Source: Bacteroidota bacterium
Lineage (GTDB): Bacteria > Bacteroidota > Bacteroidia > Bacteroidales > VadinHA17
Assembly (NCBI GenBank): GCA_037127735.1
Contig: JBAXXU010000002.1
Span: 18,406-82,405, forward strand
Length of the DNA: 64,000 nt
Direction of reading: 5' to 3'
The translations under genes and the position numbers were made by a program. The notes beneath the pieces were generated by a model, which worked only from the letters and a program-made list of their open reading frames with translations, did no database searches and was not told the origin of the DNA. Numbering within the stretch: position 1 is the first letter of the stretch; each line of letters opens with the position of its first letter. Shown piece after piece: positions 18,899 to 28,973 of the stretch.

Positions 18899-21549
18899 TT
18901 TAAATAATTTTCCATGAAGAAAAGCTTATAACGTGCAGGATTTTTATCGTTGGCAAGGACTTTAAGGTTAGAGTCGCTTATTATGAAAGTCATCATCTTC
19001 GCGGCAGAAGCATTCCTGACAATTTTATCGGAGCTGAAAGCATTGAAATATTTGAATGCCTCTACATAATCTGAAAAGCCTGAAACGGTTATTATTATAT
19101 ATTTCTTATCGACAAGCAACCCTTCGGTGCGATAGTTTTTATTAGTGTAAGTATCAATATTATAACTGATTACATCAAAAGTCGCCAGGTTAATATTAAA
19201 TGTCGGATCGGGTATGATCAACGCGAAAACATGAGTTACAGTTGTATCAGCCATATATAACTCCCCGGCTATCTTTTTATCTTCTTCAATTTTGAGTTCA
19301 GGAGTTTTCTGGTTAAGGAATGTAATAACCTCCAGTGCCTTTTTGCTTTCGATGCTTTCCGGCCATGCTTTGATTAGTTTATTCAGTTCTTCCTTAAAGC
19401 TTCTTTCATCACTTATCCGGGCTACGGAATAGGCGCGAAGGAGCAGGAATTTTGGCGCAAGAAGATCCTGAGGGTATTTTTTATAAGCATCATCGCAGAG
19501 TGTTATCACATCGTTAAACTTCTCACCAATGTAAGCATTATATGACTCCTGGTACAGTTTTTCGGCCATTTTCAGATCGGCCATCTTTTTTTCGTAATAG
19601 GATGGATCTGACAGTATCTTTGCAAACTCACTTTCGGGATACTTCTCGAGTAGCCGTTGCCTGTAAGCTTCAGATTTAGAACTGTTCTTTTCCTTATTGA
19701 CATTACATAGATTGTATAATGCTTCAGGAACAAGTTCACTGCCGGGGAAACGGTTAATAAGCGACTCAAATGTTTCAGTGGCTTTTACCGGATCGTGGAT
19801 TTTTTCGGAATACGCTTTTCCGGCGTTCAGCAAAGCAGTAGCTATCTTATCCTTAGAAATAGTGATTAAGGAATCATTTAACGGCAGGTTTTTAAGATAA
19901 AACGCGGGTTTTTTGTAATCGAGTAACGCGGCTGAAGTATCAGACCCGTTCTTTGACGATTCATCCGGATTGGCAGCTATCTGCCCTGTACTTGCTCTTG
20001 CTTTGTTCGGCCTTCTCCAGTTGTCTTCAAGTTTTCTGTCTCCCCACCGTCTCCGGAATTCTGTACGTCCGAATGTAAGAGCCGACTGATTATAGAAATA
20101 CCATTTGCCTTCCTGATTAATATTCCCCTGAAAGCGTCTTTCATTCTCATAAAACTGGCCCATATTATATCTGTCGGAATATTCTGAAACTTTTCCTTCA
20201 CTTTCAGCTTTAATTATTTTATCGATTATTGATGAAATCAGTGCATTCCTTTGGGGCTCAGTCAGCGATGCCACTCTTTGCAGACTGTCTTCAGTCTGGA
20301 TAACAGTTAATTGTGAAACAAGAGCATTCAGGTTCTGTGATTTGGTTTTTAATGCCTGGTAATCGGGGTATTTCTGGTCAAGGAAAAAGATAGCGCTATC
20401 ATAAAACTTCCCGGCTTTCATATAATCGGGTTTTTCATAATAATGGATAGCAAGGGCAAGGTAGGATCTTCCTTTCTGATTTGGATTACGGGAAACAGTG
20501 GTAGCTGATTTTCTGAAGAATTCCAGAGCCTCTGTCTCATTTCCCTCTTTCATCGACATTTCCCCCAGGGCAAAATAAATCTGATCCTGAAAATCTATGT
20601 TCTTTGAATCTTTCAGCATTTTTTCAAGCTCTTTCCTTATTTCACGGGGATTACCGGAGTTAATATCAAAAACACCGGCAATATTTATCCTGGCGTTGAA
20701 TTCGACATCATAAGGAGGGTTCATTTTAACAACTTCGCGGAAATAAGATGTTGCCCTGGTTCCATCTCCTGTTTGCTTATATAACTGAGCCAGAAGGTAG
20801 GTCAACCTGTATTTTGTCCTTTTCCCCGAAACCAAATCAATTGATTTACTTAGCGGATCAATAGCTTCAGAATATCTTTTCTGTTTTATGAAGAGATCTG
20901 CAAAGGTTGTATAGTACATTGATTTTAAAGCTTTTGTGAAACCTGTAGTTATTTCAAGCTCACTAAGTAATCTTAACGATTCACTGTAGTTGCCGGTTTC
21001 ATTAAAAATTCTTGCCAGCCAGATAGTAGCTTCTGCTTTTATTAACGAATCGTTTGCCTCGGCTATGCAATAATTGAAGACAGAGGTTGCTTCTTTTAAC
21101 TCGCGTTTATAGAAACGAGCTTTACCAATAAGGAGATAACTGTCATCAACCCACTCATTATATTCCTTCCTGTCAAGTAATTCCTTCTCTTTTTCAGAGG
21201 GTTCGCGATTCCCCTTTATTTCAGGTTTGGAAGTAATGGATTTTAATGTAATTACTTTTGAGGCTTTCTGTATTGCTCTTTCCATATCGGAGGAGCAGAG
21301 AGAAGCTGTTGAAGGATCACTATATTCAAATACCTTCAGTATTTCTGCATAGTCATCCTGATAACCATTGTTTATTTTAATTAGACCTGCCTTAAAGCTC
21401 TCATAACCATTAAAATAGATATTATATTTTGAGGTCAGGCTATGATAAAACCTTGTTGTGTCCGTGTTTTTTTCAACCGAACAGTTAGTCAGGATCATGG
21501 ACAATCCTAATAACAACAGATATTTATATGATGCTTTTCGTGAAGCCAA
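18895..21549 (-). CDS. porW: T9SS/gliding TPR lipoprotein PorW/SprE
   Basis: Lipobox LTNC then SVEKN..TRFYHSLTSKYNIYFNG, W.DDSYLLIGKARFY, many TPRs and WYFYN...FRRRWGDRKLEDNWR. 4-nt overlap with porX. Confidence 0.8.
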   Translation of the reverse strand: MASRKASYKYLLLLGLSMILTNCSVEKNTDTTRFYHSLTSKYNIYFNGYESFKAGLIKINNGYQDDYAEILKVFEYSDPSTASLCSSDMERAIQKASKVITLKSITSKPEIKGNREPSEKEKELLDRKEYNEWVDDSYLLIGKARFYKRELKEATSVFNYCIAEANDSLIKAEATIWLARIFNETGNYSESLRLLSELEITTGFTKALKSMYYTTFADLFIKQKRYSEAIDPLSKSIDLVSGKRTKYRLTYLLAQLYKQTGDGTRATSYFREVVKMNPPYDVEFNARINIAGVFDINSGNPREIRKELEKMLKDSKNIDFQDQIYFALGEMSMKEGNETEALEFFRKSATTVSRNPNQKGRSYLALAIHYYEKPDYMKAGKFYDSAIFFLDQKYPDYQALKTKSQNLNALVSQLTVIQTEDSLQRVASLTEPQRNALISSIIDKIIKAESEGKVSEYSDRYNMGQFYENERRFQGNINQEGKWYFYNQSALTFGRTEFRRRWGDRKLEDNWRRPNKARASTGQIAANPDESSKNGSDTSAALLDYKKPAFYLKNLPLNDSLITISKDKIATALLNAGKAYSEKIHDPVKATETFESLINRFPGSELVPEALYNLCNVNKEKNSSKSEAYRQRLLEKYPESEFAKILSDPSYYEKKMADLKMAEKLYQESYNAYIGEKFNDVITLCDDAYKKYPQDLLAPKFLLLRAYSVARISDERSFKEELNKLIKAWPESIESKKALEVITFLNQKTPELKIEEDKKIAGELYMADTTVTHVFALIIPDPTFNINLATFDVISYNIDTYTNKNYRTEGLLVDKKYIIITVSGFSDYVEAFKYFNAFSSDKIVRNASAAKMMTFIISDSNLKVLANDKNPARYKLFFMENYLK

Positions 21550-21629
21550 TAAATGACTTTTAATACTATAACTGACTATATTTGTGTATAGTATTTCAAA
21601 GGTAGATAAAATTGAGATGATCTGCTTTC

Positions 21630-21869
21630 TCAGGCTGAAATAACTCTCTTTATTTCGGGAACTTCCTTCATAATAGCCTGTTCAACGCCGGCTTTTAAGG
21701 TTTGCATGCTGTATGGGCAACCATGGCAAGCGCCGGTTAGTTTTACCTTAACGGTCATATCGTCAGTTACATCTATTAGGTCTATATCTCCTCCATCAGA
21801 CTGAAGATAAGGTCTGACTCTTTCAAGGGCTTTCAAAACGCGGTCTTTAATGCTTAATATTTCTGCCAT
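21630..21869 (-). CDS. NifU/NfuA C-terminal domain Fe-S scaffold
   Basis: VRPYLQSDGGDI and GACHGCP (CxxC). Confidence 0.93.
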   Translation of the reverse strand: MAEILSIKDRVLKALERVRPYLQSDGGDIDLIDVTDDMTVKVKLTGACHGCPYSMQTLKAGVEQAIMKEVPEIKRVISA

Positions 21870-21882
21870 ATCTATTTAAAAT

Positions 21883-22986
21883 TTATTTAGTTATATGAAG
21901 TTTAACAGTTGGACTATGATCTTTGTTTCGTTTATCGGCTTTCTTAATGAGCTCTACGGCCAGTTCCGAAAATGCATTTCCTGAAATTGAATCTCCGAGT
22001 GACACAGGCTTACCATTATCACTTCCTTCGCATATACTCTGGACCAGAGGAATTTGTCCAAGAAAAGGCACATTCATTTTTTCAGCGAGTTTTTTACCTC
22101 CATCTTTTCCGAAAATGTAATATTTGTTGTCAGGAAGTTCAGCAGGAGTAAACCACGACATGTTCTCAATAAGGCCGAGTACGGGTACGTTAATTTTATC
22201 GCTTCGGAACATTGAAATTCCTTTAACAGCATCGGCCAGAGCAACATTCTGAGGTGTGGTTACAACAATTGCACCGGTAACAGGAACCTCTTGCACCAGT
22301 GTCAGATGAATATCGCTTGTTCCGGGAGGAAGGTCAACAAGCAGATAATCGAGAGTTCCCCATTCGCCCTGGGTTATGAGTTGCTTTAAGAAATTTGAAG
22401 CCATTGGTCCTCTCCAGATAACCGCATCTGCAGGATCAACAAAAAATCCTGTTGAAAGAACTTTAACCCCATATTTTAATAAAGGGATAATATGATCAGC
22501 ATTATTTTCCCTTCTTACTTCAGGCCTGTATTTTTCGGAATCGAACATTTTGGGAACAGAAGGTCCATAAACGTCAGCATCGAGAAGTCCGACATTATAT
22601 CCTTTTCGTGCCAGAGAAATTGCCAGGTTTACAGCGATTGTTGTTTTTCCCACGCCTCCCTTTCCCGAAGCGACAGCAATAATATTTGTAACTCCCGGTA
22701 AGACATCAGGTTGTTTTTCCTGTAGTTTTCCAACCATGACCTTTGGCTGAACTTTAATTTCGTTAATAACCGCATCGGATCCAAGAACCTCTTTTATTGT
22801 CCTTACAATTGTGCTCCTGATTGATGAGATAAAAGGGTCGTTCGACTTCTCCGGTTCTATTGTAAGCGAGATCCCGTTATCATCAGAATAAATTTCCGAT
22901 ATCATCCCCAGAGTAACTATGTCTTTTCCTTTCTCAGGGTGGATTATTCTGGAAAGGGCTTTTAAAATCTGTTCTTTGGGAAACAT
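21883..22986 (-). CDS. mrp: Mrp/NBP35 (ApbC) Fe-S carrier ATPase
   Basis: DUF59-like N-terminus, SGKGGVGKTT, DADVYGPS, WRGPM, DLPPGTSD and ENMS. Confidence 0.93.
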   Translation of the reverse strand: MFPKEQILKALSRIIHPEKGKDIVTLGMISEIYSDDNGISLTIEPEKSNDPFISSIRSTIVRTIKEVLGSDAVINEIKVQPKVMVGKLQEKQPDVLPGVTNIIAVASGKGGVGKTTIAVNLAISLARKGYNVGLLDADVYGPSVPKMFDSEKYRPEVRRENNADHIIPLLKYGVKVLSTGFFVDPADAVIWRGPMASNFLKQLITQGEWGTLDYLLVDLPPGTSDIHLTLVQEVPVTGAIVVTTPQNVALADAVKGISMFRSDKINVPVLGLIENMSWFTPAELPDNKYYIFGKDGGKKLAEKMNVPFLGQIPLVQSICEGSDNGKPVSLGDSISGNAFSELAVELIKKADKRNKDHSPTVKLHITK

Positions 22987-23169
22987 TATATTTGTTATTT
23001 TTATTTAAATTAAATATAAACAAGGTGCAATTTTAGTAATTTTCCGGGAGACTGCAAAATTTCTATAATGATATTTCCCTAAACAAGGAAGCGTGCGATG
23101 GCGCCATACGATGTGATCCTTCCGTGAGGTATCATTTTCGTGATCTCATATACCCGCGAGAAAAAGTCG

Positions 23170-23949
23170 TTATTTACTTTTTGCTTTCCGTGGGACATCT
23201 TCGATAATCTTTTCTTTTTTAAGTCTGAAAGAGAGGTAATTGATTTTTAGCCCTTCATTCAGGAAAATCTTTTCATAGTGAGTTTTTATAGAAAGGATAT
23301 CATCAGGAATGGCTTTTTTCACCCCCGGATCCCCTAAAGCAGACTTATTATGAGAGGTAATTGTTTCAATGGCAATATTTTCCGCGTAAAGATCATTCGT
23401 GGCAAAGATCATTTCAAGATTGTTATGGCTGACAACAGTTTTTGTATAGTTATACAGTTCAGTATTATCTGTTTTCAGATGTATTAACCCATTGTTTTTC
23501 AGGAATAAACGAAAGGTATTCAGGAACCATGGAGATGTAAGTCTCTTATTTGATTTTCTTCCCCCGGGATGTGGGTCAGGGAAAGTGATCCATATCTCAT
23601 CAACCTCATCAGCCGCGAAAAACGAATTAATAAACTCAATTCTTGTGCGGAGGAAGGCAACATTAAACAAATTCTGTTGGTTGGCTGTTTTGGCTCCCCG
23701 CCACATACGGGCTCCCTTTATATCAATACCGACATAATTGTTATCAGTAAACCTAGCAGCAAGTCCGGTTGTATATTCCCCTTTACCGCATCCAAGTTCA
23801 AGAATAACCGGATTTTTATTCTTGAACATCTCCGTGTTCCATCTGCCTTTTACAGGGTGGTCTTTAGCGGAAACATCTCTGATTTCGGGCTGGATAACAT
23901 TATCGAATGCTCCCAATTCTGTCCATCTGGCAAGTTTATTCTTTCCCAC
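23170..23949 (-). CDS. trmB: tRNA (guanine-N7)-methyltransferase with a 20-aa insertion
   Basis: LELGCGKGEY, GIDIKGARMW, ITFPDP, HLKTDN and KTHYEK. Confidence 0.95.
   Translation of the reverse strand: MGKNKLARWTELGAFDNVIQPEIRDVSAKDHPVKGRWNTEMFKNKNPVILELGCGKGEYTTGLAARFTDNNYVGIDIKGARMWRGAKTANQQNLFNVAFLRTRIEFINSFFAADEVDEIWITFPDPHPGGRKSNKRLTSPWFLNTFRLFLKNNGLIHLKTDNTELYNYTKTVVSHNNLEMIFATNDLYAENIAIETITSHNKSALGDPGVKKAIPDDILSIKTHYEKIFLNEGLKINYLSFRLKKEKIIEDVPRKAKSK
23314..23373. repeat. 60-nt in-frame insertion containing half of a C-run/G-run palindromic repeat
   Basis: AATGGC direct repeat at 23308-23313 and 23368-23373. ACCCCCGGATCCCCTAAAG (23321-23339) matches 30632-30650 at 15/19 positions. 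Confidence 0.65.
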
Positions 23950-23959
23950 GTAAGAAAAT

Positions 23960-24442
23960 TTATTTGCTGATCTTTTCTATTCTCAACCCGAAATCATAAA
24001 CGCCTTTAAGATCTTCAACCCGCATACCATGCTGAATTTTAAATTGGTATGTGCCTTTCGAAGGGAAGTAAACATTTGATTTATATGGAAGATAAAGCTC
24101 GTGAATATCTCCGAAACCTTTCCCGTACCAGTTTCCCTTTTCATCGGCAAGATTATATTGAAGGGTATCTGTAATAGTTTTTCCATCGGGTGAGATTGCA
24201 CTAACGAAAAGGTAGATATTGCGAAAGGGGTATGATGAACCGGTTCTGATAGTAAAAAAGACATTATTGCTGTTAACAGTATCATTCACCGGGATTCTGA
24301 AAGCAGAAATATCGGACAGTCTCCAGATTTTTTCAGCCATCACTTTAGAATCGGTGTACACAACATTACTGTTGCAGGATGATAGTAATAATAAGGATGT
24401 CAGTATTATAATGAATGGATATCTACTTATTCCTTTTATCAT
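23960..24442 (-). CDS. gldH: Gliding motility lipoprotein GldH
   Basis: Lipobox LSSC, R....YPFRNIYL, DTLQYNLAD..G.WYGKG and IQHGMR..L.GV.D.GLRIE. Confidence 0.9.
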   Translation of the reverse strand: MIKGISRYPFIIILTSLLLLSSCNSNVVYTDSKVMAEKIWRLSDISAFRIPVNDTVNSNNVFFTIRTGSSYPFRNIYLFVSAISPDGKTITDTLQYNLADEKGNWYGKGFGDIHELYLPYKSNVYFPSKGTYQFKIQHGMRVEDLKGVYDFGLRIEKISK

Positions 24443-25574
24443 TGAATCTTTTGTTTTTTCTTTTGTTTTGGTTCTTGTTCTGCCGGCTTTTATTGTCAGG
24501 CGGATCGAATCGCGTGAGACTGTTATTCTTTAAAAGGTCCTGAGAAACGGGAGCAGATTCCCATGATTCATCAATTATCTGAAGCCGATCGACCTTTTCC
24601 CCATTTTTATTAATTGATTGTATCTCCTTTACTCTTTGAACCGGCAGAGCTACAAGGTTGGCTGTTGAATGAGGATCTGTTGAATACCAGTAAAGACCTT
24701 TGTGTACTTCCATTTTCTGGAACCAGGCAGTACAGTCGAGCGCTTGAAGAGGGATATCTTTTGGAGGGAATGACCTCTGTGCATCAACGTAGCAATCGAG
24801 CTCAAAATTGAGGCAACATTTCAGTTTACTGCATTGTCCGGCGAGTTTCTGCGGGTTCAGAGATAACTCCTGGTATTTTGCATGAGTTGTTGTAACAGAA
24901 ATAAAATTAGTTATATAGGTAGAACAGCAGAGCTCTCTTCCACATGAGCCGATTCCCCCGATCCTTCCTGCTTCCTGACGAGCGCCAATCTGGCGCATCT
25001 CAATCCTTACCCTGAACTCATCGGCAAGGACTTTAATCAGCTGGCGGAAATCAACCCTTTCATCGGCAATGTAGTAAAAGATTGCTTTTGTTTTATCTCC
25101 CTGGTATTCAACATCCCCGATCTTCATATTAAGTTTGAGCTCTTCAGAAATCTTTCTTGACCGCAGCATTGTGGTGGTTTCAAGTTTTTTTGCTTCTTCC
25201 CACTTCTGTATATCAGCAGCTTTTGCTTTACGGTACACTTTTTTCAGGTCATCAGGTGATGAATGGACTTTAAGTTTTTTCAGTTGTTCATCAATCAGAG
25301 CTCCTAACATCGAAACTCTTCCAATATCATGCCCTGGCGAGGCTTCAACCGCTACAACATCGCCGATCTCAAGCCTGAGTCCATTGACATTCCTGAAAAA
25401 TCCTTTTCTTGTATTCTTGAAGCGGATTTCCACAATATCATTTTCATCAGTAACGGCTGGAAGATCTTTCAGCCAGTTGAATGAATCCAGTTTATTATAT
25501 CCGGGTTTATATGTTATATCCGGCATCCGGATCTCTTCACCGGGTTGCCATTGAACATCTTCATTATCTGTCAT
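24423..25574 (-). CDS. ricT: PSP1-domain protein RicT/YaaT
   Basis: VEIRFKNTRK, FYYIADERVDFRQL, RQIGARQEA..IGGIGSCGRELCC and KLAGQCSKLKCCLNFE. Confidence 0.88.
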   Translation of the reverse strand: MTDNEDVQWQPGEEIRMPDITYKPGYNKLDSFNWLKDLPAVTDENDIVEIRFKNTRKGFFRNVNGLRLEIGDVVAVEASPGHDIGRVSMLGALIDEQLKKLKVHSSPDDLKKVYRKAKAADIQKWEEAKKLETTTMLRSRKISEELKLNMKIGDVEYQGDKTKAIFYYIADERVDFRQLIKVLADEFRVRIEMRQIGARQEAGRIGGIGSCGRELCCSTYITNFISVTTTHAKYQELSLNPQKLAGQCSKLKCCLNFELDCYVDAQRSFPPKDIPLQALDCTAWFQKMEVHKGLYWYSTDPHSTANLVALPVQRVKEIQSINKNGEKVDRLQIIDESWESAPVSQDLLKNNSLTRFDPPDNKSRQNKNQNKRKNKRFNDKRNK

Positions 25575-25649
25575 AAAACTATTAAGCTATCGAAATTACC
25601 CCGCAAAAGTAGTGAATAAAAGCATTAAATTCAACATTAGGTTTCAGGA

Positions 25650-26777
25650 TCAGCGGATGAGTCTTGTTACTTTCAGTGCAAGGTCAAGAAATATGATTTT
25701 GGCATTACCGTTTGCTTCAACATGCGAATAGACCAGATTAAGCTCTTCCGTAAGCGGATAGATATTTTTCTGATTGATGAAAGGATGGAAATTTCCTGAG
25801 AAGATTGCCTCTTCACCGGTAAGAAATACCAGACTGTTTTTTTTCTGATCAAGAGACAGCATAAGGTTTTCACGAAGTATTCTCAGAGAAAAAGAGATAA
25901 AGTTCTTCTGCGCTTCCCTGCCGGTTGCTGCAATCTCCTCCGACCAGGTGATGATTGAAATGATGTCGCGTTTCCATGCATATCTCATAAGACTTTTAAA
26001 ACGTCCAAGATTAGCGAGTGAGGAATCTTCGTTTTCGCATAGTTCAATAGCCCTGGTGATATTCCCATTGGAAACACGCGATATATCTGCAGCTTTGTCA
26101 GTAGCAGTATTAAACCGTTCTACAAGATATTTTTCAATATCATGATCGGTGAAGGATGGAATTTTCACAAGCTGACATCTCGAAAGTATGGTAGGGATCA
26201 CCTTATCCGGCTCTTCTGAAACAAGGAGAAAGAGAGTTTTTTCGGGTGGCTCCTCAATCATTTTCAGAAGCTTATTAGAAGTTGCCTGATGCATTTTTTC
26301 GGGAAGCCAGATGATCATTATTTTAAAATCCGATTCGAATGTTTTAAGGTTAAGCTTTTTTATTATCTCAGAAGCTTCAGAAGCGAATATCATCCCCTGA
26401 GCGTTACCAACTTCGATTGAATCGAGCCAGTTATTAATAGTAAAGTAGGGAGTCTTTTTTACAAAGTCACGCCATTCTTCTATATAATTATCACTTACAG
26501 GGTCTGTAGTTTTTTTCCCTTTTATCACAGGAAAGACAAAATGCAGATCGGGGTGGATCATTTTCTCATATTTGACGCACGACTTGCATGTGCCGCATGA
26601 GTCATGTTCCGTCCGGTTCTCGCAACTGACATAACCGGCATAGGCCAAAGCCAGGGCCATACTGCCACATCCTTCAGGACCGGTAAACAACTGGGCATGG
26701 CTTACTCTTTCTTCCTGAACGGAACGTAGAAGCTTACTGATTATTTCTTTTTGACCAGGTATCCGCGAGAAATTCAT
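25650..26777 (-). CDS. holB: DNA polymerase III subunit delta'
   Basis: HAQLFTGPEG, CGTCKSC, HPDLHF, NKLLKMIEEPP and TILSRCQ. Confidence 0.92.
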   Translation of the reverse strand: MNFSRIPGQKEIISKLLRSVQEERVSHAQLFTGPEGCGSMALALAYAGYVSCENRTEHDSCGTCKSCVKYEKMIHPDLHFVFPVIKGKKTTDPVSDNYIEEWRDFVKKTPYFTINNWLDSIEVGNAQGMIFASEASEIIKKLNLKTFESDFKIMIIWLPEKMHQATSNKLLKMIEEPPEKTLFLLVSEEPDKVIPTILSRCQLVKIPSFTDHDIEKYLVERFNTATDKAADISRVSNGNITRAIELCENEDSSLANLGRFKSLMRYAWKRDIISIITWSEEIAATGREAQKNFISFSLRILRENLMLSLDQKKNSLVFLTGEEAIFSGNFHPFINQKNIYPLTEELNLVYSHVEANGNAKIIFLDLALKVTRLIR

Positions 26778-26800
26778 CCTGCAATTGTTTTTTCTGCAAA

Positions 26801-27298
26801 TTATAACGCTGCAAGCGCTGCATCATAATCAGGCTCCTGAGTTATCTCCGGAACAAGCTGTGTATAAGTTACTTTCCCGGTTTCATCAACAACTACAATA
26901 CTCCGGGCATAAACCCCGGCAAGCGGGCCATCTATTATGTCGATGCCATACGATTTTCCAAAAGCCTGATCGCGGAATCCTGAAAGAGTGGTAACATTTG
27001 TTATTCCTTCAGTAGAGCAAAACCGGCCATGGGCAAATGGAAGATCCTTTGAAATTGCGAGGACTACCGTATTATTTTTCCCTGCTGCCAGCTGGTTGAA
27101 TTTTCGGATCGAGGTAGCACACACCGCAGTGTCAAGACTCGGGAATATGTTCAGTATGAGTTTTTTCCCCTGGAGATCTGACAGGGAAAGGTTTGAAAGA
27201 TCAGATTTTACAAGCGTAAATTCAGGAGCGTTACTTCCTTTTGAAGGAAGGTTTCCGCATGTATTTACAAGGTTTCCTTTTAATGTAATTTTTGCCAT
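26801..27298 (-). CDS. tpx: Thiol peroxidase (atypical 2-Cys peroxiredoxin)
   Basis: MAKITLKGN, PSLDTAVCATS, SKDLPFAHGRFC and EPDYDAAL. Likely start 27298. Confidence 0.96.
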   Translation of the reverse strand: MAKITLKGNLVNTCGNLPSKGSNAPEFTLVKSDLSNLSLSDLQGKKLILNIFPSLDTAVCATSIRKFNQLAAGKNNTVVLAISKDLPFAHGRFCSTEGITNVTTLSGFRDQAFGKSYGIDIIDGPLAGVYARSIVVVDETGKVTYTQLVPEITQEPDYDAALAAL

Positions 27299-27428
27299 AA
27301 CTTTTTTTTCAAAATTAATCAATCTTTTTAAATTCTATCAATTATCCAAATTCGATACATGCAGACCAATCCATGTTTAAGCTCCTGATTGAAATAGTAT
27401 GTAAACCAGCTTAGTTACCCAAAAACAT

Positions 27429-27585
27429 ATTGATTTTCTTCGTTTACCCCGGCCCCAAGGGGAGCGAAGAACCGACGATGCGAAGCGAGGAGCTCGACGA
27501 AGTCAAAATCAATTTACTCCCCCCTCGCCTTCGCGTAGCCGCTACGGCAGAGCAAGGTTGGGGATGGGGTAAATAAATTGATTTT
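27429..27585. repeat. Composite nested palindromic (REP-like) element
   Basis: ATTGATTTT 27429-37, AAAATCAATTTA 27505-16 and TAAATTGATTTT 27574-85 are mutually complementary. Internal CCCC/GGGG arms and CGTAGCCGCTACG at 27534-46. Confidence 0.7.
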
Positions 27586-27697
27586 CAAGCGACATGGGAT
27601 AGGCTGCTATTTAATGTTGATACTCATTAGAATATTTCTAAAAAAAATGTAGGTTTGCAAAAGAAAAGTTATCCATTTCAATATAAATATTTAATCT

Positions 27698-28960
27698 ATG
27701 AAAATGATTCAGGATTTTAACTTCAGGGGAAAGAAAGCAATTGTCAGGGTGGATTTTAATGTCCCCCTCGACAAAAAAACTTTTACAGTAACCGATGATA
27801 CCCGGATAAGGGGAGCATTACTGACAATCAATAAGATTATCAACGATGGTGGTTCGCTGATTCTCATGTCTCATTTGGGAAGACCGGAGGGGAGGATGGA
27901 AAAATATTCACTTAAGCCTGTCCTTCCTGTTCTTGAGAAACTTCTTGGCAGAAGTGTTCTCTTTGCCGATGATTGCCTTGGGGAACCTACAGTAAAAATG
28001 GCTGCGGCATTGAAACCGGGAGAGATACTGCTTCTTGAGAACGTAAGGTTTTATCCTGAAGAGGAAGGGAAACCCATTCTGCCTGAGACAGTAACAGAAG
28101 AAGAGAAAAAAGCAGCAAAAGCCGACATGAAGATAAGACAGAAAGAGATGGCGAAAAAACTGGCAGGTTATGCTGAAATTTATGTTAATGATGCATTCGG
28201 GACAGCGCACCGAGCTCATGCTACAACTGCCGTCATGGCTGATTATTTCCCGAAAGAGAATATCATGTTCGGGTATCTCATTAACAGTGAGCTGGCTGCA
28301 ATGGATAAGGTGTTAAATAATTCACAAAGACCCTTTACAGCCATAATGGGAGGAGCAAAAGTATCAGATAAGATTATGCTTATTGAGAATCTGCTTAACA
28401 GGGTAGATAATCTGATTATCGGTGGCGGAATGACCTATACCTTTATTAAAGCCATGGGTGGCAAAATCGGTAAATCGCTTTGTGAAGAGGATAAACTTGA
28501 TCTTGCTTTGAGACTTATTGAAAAGGCTAAAGAAAAAAATGTGAATCTTTACCTTCCTGTTGACAGCCTGAATGCCGATAAGTTTGATAATGATGCCAAT
28601 ACATCTGTTACTGCCGTTGATGCTGTCGAAGACGGATGGCTGGGCCTGGATATTGCAGAAAAATCCATTCAACAATTTTCAACCGTCATTGAAAATTCAA
28701 AAACAATTTTATGGAATGGACCGATGGGTGTATTCGAGATGGAAAAATTCTCAAAGGGCACAACGGCTGTTGCTAAAGCAATAGCTGCTGCCACGGCGAA
28801 AGGAGCCTTTAGTCTTATCGGTGGCGGCGACTCTGTTGCTGCTATCAACAAAAACGGTCTTTCTGATAAAGTCAGTTATGTTTCAACCGGTGGTGGAGCC
28901 ATGCTTGAGTACATGGAAGGGAAAAAACTTCCGGGTATAACCGCGATTCGGGGAGAATAG
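27698..28960 (+). CDS. pgk: Phosphoglycerate kinase
   Basis: [54 protein letters not shown] and STGGGA. Confidence 0.99.
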   Translation: MKMIQDFNFRGKKAIVRVDFNVPLDKKTFTVTDDTRIRGALLTINKIINDGGSLILMSHLGRPEGRMEKYSLKPVLPVLEKLLGRSVLFADDCLGEPTVKMAAALKPGEILLLENVRFYPEEEGKPILPETVTEEEKKAAKADMKIRQKEMAKKLAGYAEIYVNDAFGTAHRAHATTAVMADYFPKENIMFGYLINSELAAMDKVLNNSQRPFTAIMGGAKVSDKIMLIENLLNRVDNLIIGGGMTYTFIKAMGGKIGKSLCEEDKLDLALRLIEKAKEKNVNLYLPVDSLNADKFDNDANTSVTAVDAVEDGWLGLDIAEKSIQQFSTVIENSKTILWNGPMGVFEMEKFSKGTTAVAKAIAAATAKGAFSLIGGGDSVAAINKNGLSDKVSYVSTGGGAMLEYMEGKKLPGITAIRGE

Positions 28961-28973
28961 AAGATTAAGAAGG

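Noticed and set aside
23040-23165. Possible riboswitch or ncRNA between trmB and mrp (GGAAG...CTTCC and small hairpins)
   Set aside because: Only short stems, with no recognisable conserved core. An Rfam/Infernal search would be needed to revive it.
28060-28170. Charged insertion in Pgk ([20 protein letters not shown])
   Set aside because: From recall, a similar insertion is normal in Bacteroidales Pgk.
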